A stretch of 64,000 bases of DNA, taken from NCBI GenBank assembly GCA_027013145.1, contig JALUXX010000016.1:22983-86982 (forward strand). The letters are read 5' to 3'. This stretch comes from Gammaproteobacteria bacterium. GTDB lineage: Bacteria > Pseudomonadota > Gammaproteobacteria > 21-64-14. Position 1 is the stretch's first letter, and each line of letters begins with the position of its first letter. Positions 39,731 to 49,382 of the stretch are shown one piece after another. The translations under genes and the position numbers were made by a program. Under the pieces are notes generated by a model. It worked only from the letters and a program-made list of their open reading frames with translations, did not search any database and was not told the origin of the DNA.

Positions 39731-39784
39731 CCGGGCGGCGTGGGTATCCACGGGGTCGTAGACAACTGCAAAGAGGGGATCGTC

Positions 39785-40516
39785 ATGGAAAACAAGCAGC
39801 ACGGCGTCACCGCAACTTCAAAGGGCAACCGGCCGCACGCTTCCGCGCCGACCGGGATCGTTGCGACCTTCGTCGCCGTCGTAACCCGGCCGGCGGAGTT
39901 CTTTTCCGCAATGCCCCGGACGGGCGGCTACGGTCAACCGCTGATCTTCATGGTCGTCATGGGCGTCGCGGGCGGGCTCATACGTGCCGTGCTCGGCATG
40001 CTCGGTCTCCTCACCGCGGGATCCACGGCCACGGCGCTGACCGGAATCATCCTCGCGCCGGTCCTGATCCTGATCTTCGGCTTCATCGGTGCAGCGATCC
40101 TGTTCATCATCTGGAAGATGATGGGTTCGCAGCGGGACTTCGAGACCGCATACCGGTGCGTTGCATACGGCAGCGCGATTTCGCCTTTGACGCAATTCCT
40201 TATGCTGATACCCTATCTGGGCATCGTCTTGGCCCTCGGATGGTGGGCGTTCATCCTCGTGGCCGCCAGCACCCAGGTTCACGATGTGGGGCGGAGTGTC
40301 GCGATCACAGTCTTCGGCGGGATCGCCGCGGTGCTGGCCCTGGCGGGTATCGGTATGCAGTTCACGGCTCAGCGGATGGTGAATTCGCTGACCAGGACGC
40401 AGCAGCAACTGCAACTCGATCAGACCCGGGATCCGGCCAAGGCCGCACAGGATCTTGGCAAGCTGCTCCAGCAGATGCAGAAGGCGTCCGGGCAGGGAGG
40501 CAGCGCGGGGCGCTGA
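39785..40516 (+). CDS. Yip1-domain (DUF1282-like) integral membrane protein
   Basis: GAGGGG RBS. Five TM helices in the Yip1-like arrangement. Conserved Gly-rich TM segments. Confidence 0.55.
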   Translation: MENKQHGVTATSKGNRPHASAPTGIVATFVAVVTRPAEFFSAMPRTGGYGQPLIFMVVMGVAGGLIRAVLGMLGLLTAGSTATALTGIILAPVLILIFGFIGAAILFIIWKMMGSQRDFETAYRCVAYGSAISPLTQFLMLIPYLGIVLALGWWAFILVAASTQVHDVGRSVAITVFGGIAAVLALAGIGMQFTAQRMVNSLTRTQQQLQLDQTRDPAKAAQDLGKLLQQMQKASGQGGSAGR

Positions 40517-40852
40517 CCCTCCACGCGGCCGAGCCGCAGCTTTCCGTTTCGTGTTCGACACGGCCGTATGCCGCGCGCCCGGCGCCGACCGCGCGGGGAC
40601 ACGTCCTTCATCTCTCGGCATCCCCCAGCGGGCATATGGGCGTTCCCGGCTGCGGCCCGTCCGGCACCGGCGCTATAATTCGGTCAAGGGCGAGGGATCC
40701 CGTCGGCGCCGGCCGTGCCGCGCTCGCGGCGCGACCTGGCGGCGGGATGCGACGGGGACGTTCGGCAGGGACGCGCGCGGCGCGTGGTCGGCGCCCGATG
40801 TGCCGGTCGGTACCCGCCCGCAGATGGTTTTCGGCCGAGTCGGGGGGCTCGC

Positions 40853-43800
40853 ATGGAACAGGGGGGTGATCCGCAGGGGGACGTCTTCTCCGGTCGTCTG
40901 TCGTTACCGCGGCAGCCGTGCCCGGTGTACCGGCGCGGGCGCCTACATCGGCGCATCGGGGAGGCCCTCGAAGCGGGCGCGTCGGTGTGGGTTTATGGGC
41001 AGCCGGGGGCCGGCAAGACGACCCTGGTTGCGAGCTATCTCGAGGCAGAACCGAACCCGGCGTTCTGGTACACGCTGACGTCGGAGGACGCGGATCCGCC
41101 GACCTTCTTCCGCCACCTGGGTTCGCTCCTCGGGGATCGAGCGGGGTCCGCGGGGCTGCCGCAATGGGCCCCGAACCTCGGCTACGACCCGCTGGCGTTC
41201 GCGCGTAACTTCTTCGCCGTCTTCTGCGAGTCCCTCCCCGCGAAGGCCGTCCTCGTTCTCGACGATCACCACGAGGTCGAGGGGCGCGGGGCGATGGACA
41301 CGCTCGTTCGCGCCCTCCTGGAGGCTTTCGCCGGACATCGGTCCTGCGTCGTGATCAGTCGGAGCCGGCCACCGGAAACGCTGGTGCGAGCGATGGCCCG
41401 CGGCGCGTTGGAGTGCGTCGACGGCGAGGATTTGCGTTTCAGCGACGAGGAGGCGCGGGGCATCGTTGAGAAACGGGTGCCCGCGCCCTTGCGTGGGGCC
41501 ATCGACGTCAAAGGCGTGAATCGCCGTGCACGCGGGTGGGCTTTGGGCCTGGTCCTGTTGGTGCAACAGGCCCTGTCGGGCGGCGCGGCGGCGGACGCGG
41601 CGGGACCCGCACCGGATACGATCCTGGGTTACTTCGCGGGCGAGTTCGCGAGCCGTGAAAGGGACGACGATCTCGATCTGCTGATCACTGCATCGTTGTT
41701 TTCATACCTGACCTACGGGATCGCGCGCAAGATCGCGGGGCCGGCCGGCGGTGCCGCGTGGATCGACGATCTATGTCGGAAGAACCTCTTCGTCACACGT
41801 TACCAGTCCGGGTCGGGTGAAACGGCTTTCCGGCTCCATCCCTTGTTTCGGGACTACCTGCACTGGGAGGCCGCGCGGCGGCTGAGTGAGCCGGAGTTGA
41901 ACCGGCGCCGTGTTCTGGCCGCCGCAACGCTTGCGGAATCCGGCCGTCGGGAGGAGGCGGTGGGGTTGTATCTCGCGGGGCGCGCGTGGGAGCAGGCGGA
42001 GGCCGAATTGCTCGACCTCGCGTGGGTACGTTACCAGTCGGGAGAGATCGAGACCCTGAGACACTGGCTCGGCGCCCTTCCCCAGGAGCGCGTCCGGCGC
42101 AGCGGATGGCTGTCCCTGTGGGCGGGCGCCTGCGCGGCGGCGGCCGAGGTCGGCGCAGGACAGGAGGCGCTGCAGCGCGCGTACGCCCTCCTGCGCCCGG
42201 AGGCGGACGCGACGGGGACGTTGCTGGCCTGGTGCTTCATGGTCGAAGGGCAGGTGCTCGGGTGGAGCGATCCCCGGGACCTCGATGCGCTGATCGCGGA
42301 TTTCGCCGACCTGGAGCCGATGCTGGGGCGGGTCGAGCGCCCCCTCGCCGGGCGGGCGATGCTGGCGATGTTCGCGGCGGTCGCGGTCCGCGCCCCCTAT
42401 CCGCCCCGGGCGGACGCGTGGGCGCAACGGGTCGAAGCAGGGTTGCGGGAAGCGGACGAGGAGATCGCGCGCGCGTTCGGGACCGCGCAGTTGGCTTCGT
42501 TCTACGGTTTCAACCGCGGCCGTTTCGAGAAGGCCGCGGCGGTCGTGAACGAACTCGCCGCACGGGCGGGCAGCGAGGAATCCAACCCCGTCGCGCAAAT
42601 CATCTACCTGGCCTATCAAGCGGTGGTCGAACTGTGGGCGCAGGGGGAGCCGGCCCGAAGTCTGGAGACGGTGCGCAAGGGAATCGCGGCGGCGGAGGCG
42701 AGCGGGATACGGTTGCTCGACTTCCTACTCCAGTCCACCGGTGCCTGGTGTGCCCTGGCGGCGGGCGATTACGACGCTGCGCGTCACCACCTCGGCGCGA
42801 TGGGGTCCGAATTGAATCGGCGCGCCTGGTTGAACCGCTGCGTGTTTCATGACACTTCGGCGCTCCTCGCCTGTCACTCGGGCGACTTGGCGGCGGCGCG
42901 TGGGGGTTCGGAGCAAAGTCTCGAATTCGCCCGGCGCAGCGGGATGCCCTTTGCGGAAGCGGCCTGTCTGATGACGGCCTCGAGGGTGCGGAGTCTGTCG
43001 GGAGAATGGGAGGAGGCCGTGCGGCTCAGGGAGGCGGCCGCCGCGATCGGTCGCAGTATGGACAACCCGTTCATCCTCGCCCAACTGGCATGGTTCGAGT
43101 CCTCGGATTACCTGGAGCGCGGGCGGGAGGACGCGGCGGTCGTCGCGTTGCGGAAGGGCTTTTCGGCGGGCCGGCTCGCCGGTTTGCATGGAAACCTCTG
43201 GCTGCGCCGCGAGGAGCTGGCGCGTCTCTGCGCGTTCGCGCTGCGCCACGAGATCGAGACCGACTACGTACGGCGGCGCATCGCCCGCAACCGCCTGCGC
43301 GCGCCGCAGGCCGAGGCCGGTCCGGAATGGCCGTTTATGCTACGGGTACGTGTACTCGGTGGACTGAAGGTCGAGGTGCTGGGCTCGGATCGATATCGGA
43401 CGCTGCGCCTCAAGGGACGCCCGGCACAACTTCTCGAGGCCCTTCTGTGGCTCGGGCCGGAGTCGGTCAGTCAGGAGCGCCTGAGCGACTGCCTGTGGCC
43501 CGATGCGGACGGGGATGCGGCGCGTCGCAACATCGACGTGACCGCGCACCGTCTCCGCAAGGCACTGGGTGACGATCGCCTGTTGGCGTTCGAGCAAGGG
43601 CGGGTGGGCCTGGCGCCGGGGCTGGCGTGGAGCGATCTCGGCGGGCTCGAGGCGACGCGACAGGCGCTGGTCGCCGAGCTTCAAGGACAGCCGGAGGCGT
43701 CCCGGGTGGGGGCCCTGCAGCAGCGCTTGCTCGACTGGGCCGACGCGCTCGCCCGCACCACCCCGGAATCCGTGCCCGCGGCGCTTGCCGGGGCATGTGC

Positions 43801-44092
43801 GGCGCGGCGCAGCGAATTCGTCTCCACCCTCGACCGCCTGGCCGCGTATTGGCAAAAACAGGAGGTCTGGCGCAAGGAGGTGGAGGCGTTGCAGGCACGG
43901 GTTCGCCTCGAGCCGGCGGCCGAGCGTCCCCATCTGCGGATGATGCGTATCTACGTGGCACAGGGCCTGCACGGGGAGGCATTGGGTGCCTACGAGGCCT
44001 GCCGGCGAAACCTGGAGCGTAGCGTCGGAATCCCGCCGGGGCCGGAAATCGAGGCCGCGCGGGAAGAAATCTTGCGAATTACAAATAGTTGA
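40853..44092 (+). CDS. Large ATPase transcriptional regulator: N-terminal P-loop NTPase, central helical/TPR-like region, C-terminal OmpR-type winged-helix DNA-binding domain plus BTAD (SARP-like domains in inverted order)
   Basis: Walker A (VYGQPGAGKTTLV). Near the C-terminus, an OmpR/SARP-type DNA-binding segment (VLGGLKVEVLGSDRYRTLRLKGRPAQLLEALLWLGPESVSQERLSDCLW) is followed by a BTAD-like segment (RMMRIYVAQGLHGEALGAYEACRRNLERSVGIPPGPEI). Confidence 0.65.
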   Translation: MEQGGDPQGDVFSGRLSLPRQPCPVYRRGRLHRRIGEALEAGASVWVYGQPGAGKTTLVASYLEAEPNPAFWYTLTSEDADPPTFFRHLGSLLGDRAGSAGLPQWAPNLGYDPLAFARNFFAVFCESLPAKAVLVLDDHHEVEGRGAMDTLVRALLEAFAGHRSCVVISRSRPPETLVRAMARGALECVDGEDLRFSDEEARGIVEKRVPAPLRGAIDVKGVNRRARGWALGLVLLVQQALSGGAAADAAGPAPDTILGYFAGEFASRERDDDLDLLITASLFSYLTYGIARKIAGPAGGAAWIDDLCRKNLFVTRYQSGSGETAFRLHPLFRDYLHWEAARRLSEPELNRRRVLAAATLAESGRREEAVGLYLAGRAWEQAEAELLDLAWVRYQSGEIETLRHWLGALPQERVRRSGWLSLWAGACAAAAEVGAGQEALQRAYALLRPEADATGTLLAWCFMVEGQVLGWSDPRDLDALIADFADLEPMLGRVERPLAGRAMLAMFAAVAVRAPYPPRADAWAQRVEAGLREADEEIARAFGTAQLASFYGFNRGRFEKAAAVVNELAARAGSEESNPVAQIIYLAYQAVVELWAQGEPARSLETVRKGIAAAEASGIRLLDFLLQSTGAWCALAAGDYDAARHHLGAMGSELNRRAWLNRCVFHDTSALLACHSGDLAAARGGSEQSLEFARRSGMPFAEAACLMTASRVRSLSGEWEEAVRLREAAAAIGRSMDNPFILAQLAWFESSDYLERGREDAAVVALRKGFSAGRLAGLHGNLWLRREELARLCAFALRHEIETDYVRRRIARNRLRAPQAEAGPEWPFMLRVRVLGGLKVEVLGSDRYRTLRLKGRPAQLLEALLWLGPESVSQERLSDCLWPDADGDAARRNIDVTAHRLRKALGDDRLLAFEQGRVGLAPGLAWSDLGGLEATRQALVAELQGQPEASRVGALQQRLLDWADALARTTPESVPAALAGACAARRSEFVSTLDRLAAYWQKQEVWRKEVEALQARVRLEPAAERPHLRMMRIYVAQGLHGEALGAYEACRRNLERSVGIPPGPEIEAAREEILRITNS

Positions 44093-44136
44093 AATGATGC
44101 GCCGCTTGCGGTTCCGCAACGCGCGCATGGCCGCGC

Positions 44137-46152
44137 TTGCGAATCTGTAAGCCGGATGTAAGCCCAGCCGTTTCATTATCGTTCCCGACATCGGAACCAT
44201 CGTCGGGAGGGGGGGTGGCCAGCAGCGCCACGACATGGACCACGCCGGGCGGGGCGGAGGCGCCGGGGGCGCCCCGCTACGGGCTGCAGGTCAAGCTCGG
44301 CCTCAGCGTGCTCGTCTCGACGCTGCTATCGGCGTTCATGATCGCCGGCAGCGTGTACCAGTTCGGTCGCGACCGGGTCGACCGTGCCTATGTCGCCGAG
44401 TCGGAGGCGATGGTGCAGGCGGCGAGCCTCGCGTTTTCCCAGGCGCTCGGGCGCCGGGATTTCGTGCTGCTCGACGCCCTGGTCCACGAGCTTCAGAGCC
44501 GCCGTAGACTTCGCATCCAGCAGGCCTACGTCCTCGATCCCACCGGGCGGGTCGTCGCCCACTCGATCGGCTCCGAGTACGGCAAGCACTACCCGGTCCC
44601 TGCGCTGTTGCGGGCGCGGCATCCCTCGCGCCTGTCGCAGGTCGTTTCCTCGACCGGGCCGACCTTCAAGGTCGTGAGCCTGCTGCAAACCCAGGGCCAT
44701 ACCCTCGGCGCCCTCGTGGTTCGTTTCGACGCCGCCGAGCTGGAGCAACGGCTGCGCTCGGAGGTCGTCTGGGTGCTCGAGACCACGCTCCCCATTCTGC
44801 TGTTGTCGGGAATCATCCTGCTGCTGCTCGGGCGCGGAATGACGCGGCGCCTTCAGACCCTTCGCACCCGCATCCGCGCGGTCGGGCGCGGCGAACGACC
44901 CGAACCCGTCCCGGTCCTGGGGAACGACGAGGTCGCGCAGCTTTCCCGGGACTTCAATCAGATGCAGAAAGACCTTGAGGCCCTCCAAGAAAAGGACCGC
45001 GATGCGACGGAGACCATCCGGGGGCTCAATCGCGAACTCACGACCCAGCTTCGCACCGTCGAGCGCCTGAAGGAACAGCTCGCGGAGGAGAATTCCGACC
45101 TGCGCGAGCAGCTCAGGAGCATGGCCGGGGACGCCGAATTCCTCGGGGCATCCGCTCCCGTGCGAAAGCTTCTGGAACAGGCGGCACAGACCGCGGGGCT
45201 CCCGATCAACGTCCTGATCACGGGGGAAAGCGGCACGGGCAAGGAACTCCTCGCGAGCTATATCCACCGGCGCAGCGGGAGGGAGTCGGGACCGTTCGTG
45301 AAGATCAACTGCGCCGCGCTGCCGGTCAATCTGGTCGAGAGCGAACTGTTCGGCCATGAAAAAGGCGCTTTTACCGGTGCGGTTTCGCAGCGGGTGGGAA
45401 AGTTCCAACTCGCCCACGGCGGGACGCTGCTGCTCGACGAGGTCGGGGAGTTGCCTCCCGAGTCGCAGTCCAAACTGCTGCGTGCCCTGCAGCAGGGAGA
45501 GATTCAGCGGGTGGGCGGCAACAAGCCGATCGTGGTCGACGTTCGCGTGATCGCAGCGACGAACCGCGATCTGGCCGAGGACGTGAGGCGGGGCACCTTC
45601 CGGGAGGATCTCTATTACCGGCTCAAGGTCATCGAGCTTCGCTGTCCCGCGCTGCGCGAGCGCATCGATGATCTGCCCATCCTCGCGCAGCATTTCATCG
45701 AACAGTTCGGCCGAAAGCTCGGGCGCAGTGTCGTCGGGATCTCGCCCAGCGCATTGCGCCGGCTCGGCCGCTACCACTGGCCCGGGAACGTCCGCGAGTT
45801 GGAGCACGCCGTGGCCCGTGCGGTCGCCCTGAGCGGGACCCGGGTCCTCGGGCCGGAAGACTTCGATTTCCTGCCCGTCTCCGGGCCGAGCGGCGGCGGC
45901 CGCGAGGCCGGCGGCGGCGGAATCGAAGCGCTCGCCCGCGCGTGCGGGCTCCGTGAGGAGAATCTGGGGGAGGCGCCGTGGGCGCGCATCATGGCGGCCT
46001 GCGAGCGCGTCTGTCTGACCGCCGCCCTCGATCGAAACCGAAATCAAAAAGACGCCGCGGCGATGCTGGGCATCACGCCGACCAAGATCCATCGCCTGAT
46101 CCGGAAACACCGCCTCAAGGGCGAGCCGCAGGGATCGGCCCCGGGAGGCTGA
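44137..46152 (+). CDS. Membrane-anchored sigma-54-dependent transcriptional activator (bEBP): periplasmic sensor between two TM helices, HAMP, AAA+ sigma-54 interaction domain, Fis-type HTH; no receiver domain
   Basis: TM1 (LSVLVSTLLSAFMIAGSVY), ~170-aa extracytoplasmic region, TM2 (VLETTLPILLLSGIILLLLG), HAMP plus coiled coil. AAA+ motifs: Walker A (GESGTGKE), the sigma-54 contact motif GAFTGA (EKGAFTGAVS), Walker B (LLLDEVGEL) and RVIAATNRDL. C-terminal HTH (QKDAAAMLGITPTKIHRLIRK). An alternative GTG start near 44215 follows GGAGGG. Confidence 0.8.
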   Translation: MRICKPDVSPAVSLSFPTSEPSSGGGVASSATTWTTPGGAEAPGAPRYGLQVKLGLSVLVSTLLSAFMIAGSVYQFGRDRVDRAYVAESEAMVQAASLAFSQALGRRDFVLLDALVHELQSRRRLRIQQAYVLDPTGRVVAHSIGSEYGKHYPVPALLRARHPSRLSQVVSSTGPTFKVVSLLQTQGHTLGALVVRFDAAELEQRLRSEVVWVLETTLPILLLSGIILLLLGRGMTRRLQTLRTRIRAVGRGERPEPVPVLGNDEVAQLSRDFNQMQKDLEALQEKDRDATETIRGLNRELTTQLRTVERLKEQLAEENSDLREQLRSMAGDAEFLGASAPVRKLLEQAAQTAGLPINVLITGESGTGKELLASYIHRRSGRESGPFVKINCAALPVNLVESELFGHEKGAFTGAVSQRVGKFQLAHGGTLLLDEVGELPPESQSKLLRALQQGEIQRVGGNKPIVVDVRVIAATNRDLAEDVRRGTFREDLYYRLKVIELRCPALRERIDDLPILAQHFIEQFGRKLGRSVVGISPSALRRLGRYHWPGNVRELEHAVARAVALSGTRVLGPEDFDFLPVSGPSGGGREAGGGGIEALARACGLREENLGEAPWARIMAACERVCLTAALDRNRNQKDAAAMLGITPTKIHRLIRKHRLKGEPQGSAPGG

Positions 46153-46396
46153 GGTCGTCGCTTCTCGGGTGGGCTGCCGTTCACCGCACGACCGGCGGTT
46201 CGACGGACGGGCGCCGCCCGAGTCCGGCTCGTCGTTTGCGACCCGTCGCGGCGGCCGGCGTTTCCGCAGCCGGCCGCGAATCCGGCGAACGGGTCTTGTA
46301 AAAATGAATTTCAATATCGAAACGCTTTCGGTGCCGGAGACGCGGCCACCCACACTGATAAACACCAACTTACTGTTGTTCAGAGGTTTTTCTTTG

Positions 46397-46412
46397 TGGC
46401 CCGGCTCTTGCT
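46397..46412 (+). promoter_or_regulatory. Candidate sigma-54 promoter TGGCCC-N5-TTGCT upstream of the OmpA-fusion gene
   Basis: GG and GC dinucleotides at the canonical 12-nt spacing, ~185 nt upstream of ATG 46595. The -24 element is imperfect (TGGCCC instead of TGGCAC). Confidence 0.4.
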
Positions 46413-46594
46413 TGGCACTTGTCCCGATACGCCGGGGTCTCGTGGTCTGCCCCGAAGACATGTCCCAAAGGATGGAGATGAACGGGCCATGCCACGATTC
46501 GGCTCGCGCCGTCCCCGGCCGAGGCGTCCGGTGGGCGCGCAGCCGCAAGAGCATGTGGTTCGGCCGTCTGCCGGGCGATGAAGAGGATCGCAGA

Positions 46595-47545
46595 ATGACT
46601 CCACATCCGTTGCGAAAAACCGTCGGTTTGCTGGGCTTGCTCTGGGCCCTTGCCCTCGGTCCCGGTGCCGCGCAGGCCGCCGTCCAGACCTTCATCAAGC
46701 CGTATCCCGGCTCCACCGTACACAGCACCTGGACGCACAAGTTTGATCGGGTGATGCTGCCGGCGGGCAAGGTGCATTTCGATAACAAGACGCAAACCGA
46801 TGTTGTGGCCAAAACGATCGAGGTCAAAGGGCGGCTGACCTACGTGGATTACGAAACGCCGGAAGACCGCGGCGGCTTCGAGGTGCTGGAGAACTATAAG
46901 CAGGGGCTTGCCCGGGCGGGCTTCAAGATCCTGTTTTCCTGTTATGCCGCGGCCTGCAGCAAGGGAGGCGATGTCGGCTATGTCCTCAACCGGGACCAGT
47001 TCGGAGACGACCCGCCACAGGTCGGCAGCGACCAGACCGGCTACCTGACCGCGAAGCTGGCGCGTCCCGAGGGTGACGTCTACGCCACCGTGATTGTGGA
47101 TGGGAACAATCACGCCACGGACGTGGCGATCGTCGAGGCCAAACCCATGCAGACGGGCATGGTGAAGGTCGACGCCAAGGCCTTGCTCAACGACATCGAC
47201 CGCACCGGCCACGCCGCCATCTACGGCATTTACTTCGACACCAACAAGGCCACGGTCAAGCCCGCGTCGAAACAGGCGCTGGTCGCGATCGCCAAGCTGC
47301 TCAAGACGCGCCCGAAACTCAAGCTCTACGTGGTCGGCCACACCGACAACGTCGGCACCTTCGACTACAACATGGGCCTGTCCAAACGACGTGCCGAAGC
47401 AGTGGTGGCCGTGCTGGTCAAGCAATACGGCATTGCCTCCGGTCGCCTGCGCGCTGCCGGCGTGGGCCCGCTGGCGCCGGTGCTGGCCAACACCACCGAG
47501 GCGGGGCGCGCCAGGAACCGGCGCGTGGAACTGGTGGCGCAATGA
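46595..47545 (+). CDS. OmpA-family protein: N-terminal DUF4892-like domain carrying a YPGS motif, fused to a C-terminal OmpA/MotB peptidoglycan-binding domain
   Basis: Signal peptide. N-terminal domain (FIKPYPGSTVHSTW...). C-terminal OmpA-like motifs (IYFDTNKATVKP, YVVGHTDNVGTFDYNMGLSKRRAEAV, RNRRVELV). Confidence 0.75.
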   Translation: MTPHPLRKTVGLLGLLWALALGPGAAQAAVQTFIKPYPGSTVHSTWTHKFDRVMLPAGKVHFDNKTQTDVVAKTIEVKGRLTYVDYETPEDRGGFEVLENYKQGLARAGFKILFSCYAAACSKGGDVGYVLNRDQFGDDPPQVGSDQTGYLTAKLARPEGDVYATVIVDGNNHATDVAIVEAKPMQTGMVKVDAKALLNDIDRTGHAAIYGIYFDTNKATVKPASKQALVAIAKLLKTRPKLKLYVVGHTDNVGTFDYNMGLSKRRAEAVVAVLVKQYGIASGRLRAAGVGPLAPVLANTTEAGRARNRRVELVAQ

Positions 47546-47592
47546 GCGGTTCAAAAAACATCAATGTATCAGAAGTCTTGGGGTACTACATC

Positions 47593-48102
47593 ATGAATAA
47601 AACAGGTATATCGCTTGCATCGTTCGTGTTGCTCTGCCTGCTGGGCGCGCAGACCGCAAACGCGGCGCAGCCCATCGCCCCCCGGGTGCCGGTAACCAAA
47701 GAGGGCAAGCTGATCAATTACGACTGGAAAGGCACGTGCCCACCGCAAAGCGAGGTCGGTGTGCCGGCCTATCCGGGCAGCCTGTGCACCAAAGCGGCAA
47801 TGTTCAACAAGCACTCCGGGTTTGTCGAGCTGATATCCGGCACGAGCGCCGCGGCGGTCGTGTCCTGGTATTCCGGCCATCTCTCCGGCTGGCGGCATAC
47901 GAAGGTTATGAGCGGCGACGTCATCTTTGTGCCGCCCGGCGTTGACCTGAACCGTGTGTATCCCGGCTATAGCGACACCAATATCACCATACATAAGCTG
48001 ACGGCCGGCGGCGTGAAACTGAAGAAAATGATTTACGCGTTCCAGGGCACGCCGAAGACACTGATCACTATTGACTATGAAGTCAATGGAGGCATGCGAT
48101 GA
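47593..48102 (+). CDS. Small secreted protein of the YPGS...WY paralog family (169 aa)
   Basis: Signal peptide. Motif AYPGSLC ... VVSWYSGHLSGWRH shared with the next gene and with 51306 and 51836. Confidence 0.5.
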   Translation: MNKTGISLASFVLLCLLGAQTANAAQPIAPRVPVTKEGKLINYDWKGTCPPQSEVGVPAYPGSLCTKAAMFNKHSGFVELISGTSAAAVVSWYSGHLSGWRHTKVMSGDVIFVPPGVDLNRVYPGYSDTNITIHKLTAGGVKLKKMIYAFQGTPKTLITIDYEVNGGMR

Positions 48103-48611
48103 AAGCCTATGCGGTCTATGCAATTGCAACGGCTTTGGCGGCTCTAAACGGGGCGCCGGTTGTGGCTGCGCCGGTCGCGCCGCATCCTCCGCTTAGCAAG
48201 CTCGGAAAGCAGATGCTGGCGGCGCAGCATGGCAAGGCTAGAAAAGTTTGTCCCGATGCGGCTTACGTCGCCATGCCGATCTATCCGGGTTCTTTGTGTG
48301 TTTCAAACACCACGATTTCGAGCAATGGAAGGAAGGATCCGCTGGAAGTGCTCGTGCTCGTCAGCAATGATGCCGTGGCAAAAGTTCGCGGCTGGTATAG
48401 AAAACACCTCAAGGGCTGGAAGTACAACTCCGAGTTTGGAAACTACGCACCTCCTGGCTGGAGTATCCGGACAATTATGTCCATGCCACAGGTCGAGATC
48501 GAGAAAGCCGACGACACCAGCCTCTGGATGTACAAGATCGCCTATGACTTGAAAGGGGTGCATACCCTCATCAACATCTACTACAAACCGCATCGGGGCG
48601 CGAGGCCGTGA
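48099..48611 (+). CDS. Small secreted protein of the YPGS...WY paralog family (170 aa)
   Basis: Signal peptide. IYPGSLC ... VRGWYRKHLKGWKY. Start overlaps the stop of the preceding paralog. Confidence 0.5.
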   Translation: MKAYAVYAIATALAALNGAPVVAAPVAPHPPLSKLGKQMLAAQHGKARKVCPDAAYVAMPIYPGSLCVSNTTISSNGRKDPLEVLVLVSNDAVAKVRGWYRKHLKGWKYNSEFGNYAPPGWSIRTIMSMPQVEIEKADDTSLWMYKIAYDLKGVHTLINIYYKPHRGARP

Positions 48612-48972
48612 AATCTGTTGGCTGCGCCACGACTGTCAATCGTCCGCCGGCCAGTTTGTCCGACGGAGGCGATTGAAACAGGGGCGCGATGAAGGAACTT
48701 GCCGCAATCGTTATGGCCGTGGCATTCACTGCCATGCCGATCGACGCGGCGACCGCGGGGTGCCGGACGGGGGCTGGGTGCCGGACACGATGAAGGGCTT
48801 GCGCACAAGCCTCCCGCGCCTGCCTGCGCCGCCGCCGGAACCGGGCGACCCGGGCGGTCGCTCAACGCCCTGGGGCGCGCGGCTGCGCGTCGCGCCCTTG
48901 CGCGGGTGGGAGGGACGCTGGATGTCGCCCTGCGAGGACGTCCGGTGCCTGGCGGTAACCGAGGAGAAAGAC

Positions 48973-49317
48973 ATGAAGCGATGCACGATTGCATGGAAGA
49001 TGGCCGCGGGCCTTTTTGCACTCGCCCTGGCGGGCATGCTGCCTAGTTTCGCCTCGGGGCGCCAGCTTTGGGCGGGAGGACGGAACGTCGATCCCGCCAC
49101 GCCGGCCTGCGCCGTGGAGAAGGCGGCCGCGAAACAAGCGCTCTTCCAATGGGACATCTGCATGGGTGGGCAGACCAAGCCGCCCGTCATGGGCGGCAAC
49201 GCGACCGTCTACTACCTCGAGCGGCGCAGGCGATGTGCGCCCAAATACCGTATCTTCACCCGCGCCGAGAACCGCTTGAATGCCTGCCAGGAGCGCCGGA
49301 AGGGCCACCCGCGCTGA
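48973..49317 (+). CDS. Small Cys-containing secreted protein (114 aa)
   Basis: GGAGAAAG RBS. Signal peptide (MAAGLFALALAGMLPSFASG). Five Cys residues. Confidence 0.4.
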   Translation: MKRCTIAWKMAAGLFALALAGMLPSFASGRQLWAGGRNVDPATPACAVEKAAAKQALFQWDICMGGQTKPPVMGGNATVYYLERRRRCAPKYRIFTRAENRLNACQERRKGHPR

Positions 49318-49382
49318 GCCTGGGTGACGATCGAAAGGAACGGCGGACACGCGTGGCCGGCGAAAGACATAGGAGAGGCGTC

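Noticed and set aside
44093-44136. Sigma-54 promoter for the activator gene itself (TGGCCGCGCTTGCG)
   Set aside because: The GG and GC elements are spaced 10 nt rather than the obligatory 12, so it is not a functional -24/-12 promoter by sequence criteria.
46413-46430. A second TGGCAC hexamer immediately downstream of the candidate sigma-54 promoter
   Set aside because: No TTGC-like -12 element at the correct spacing (TGGCAC-ttgtc-CCGAT). It was likely picked up only because it overlaps the upstream candidate.
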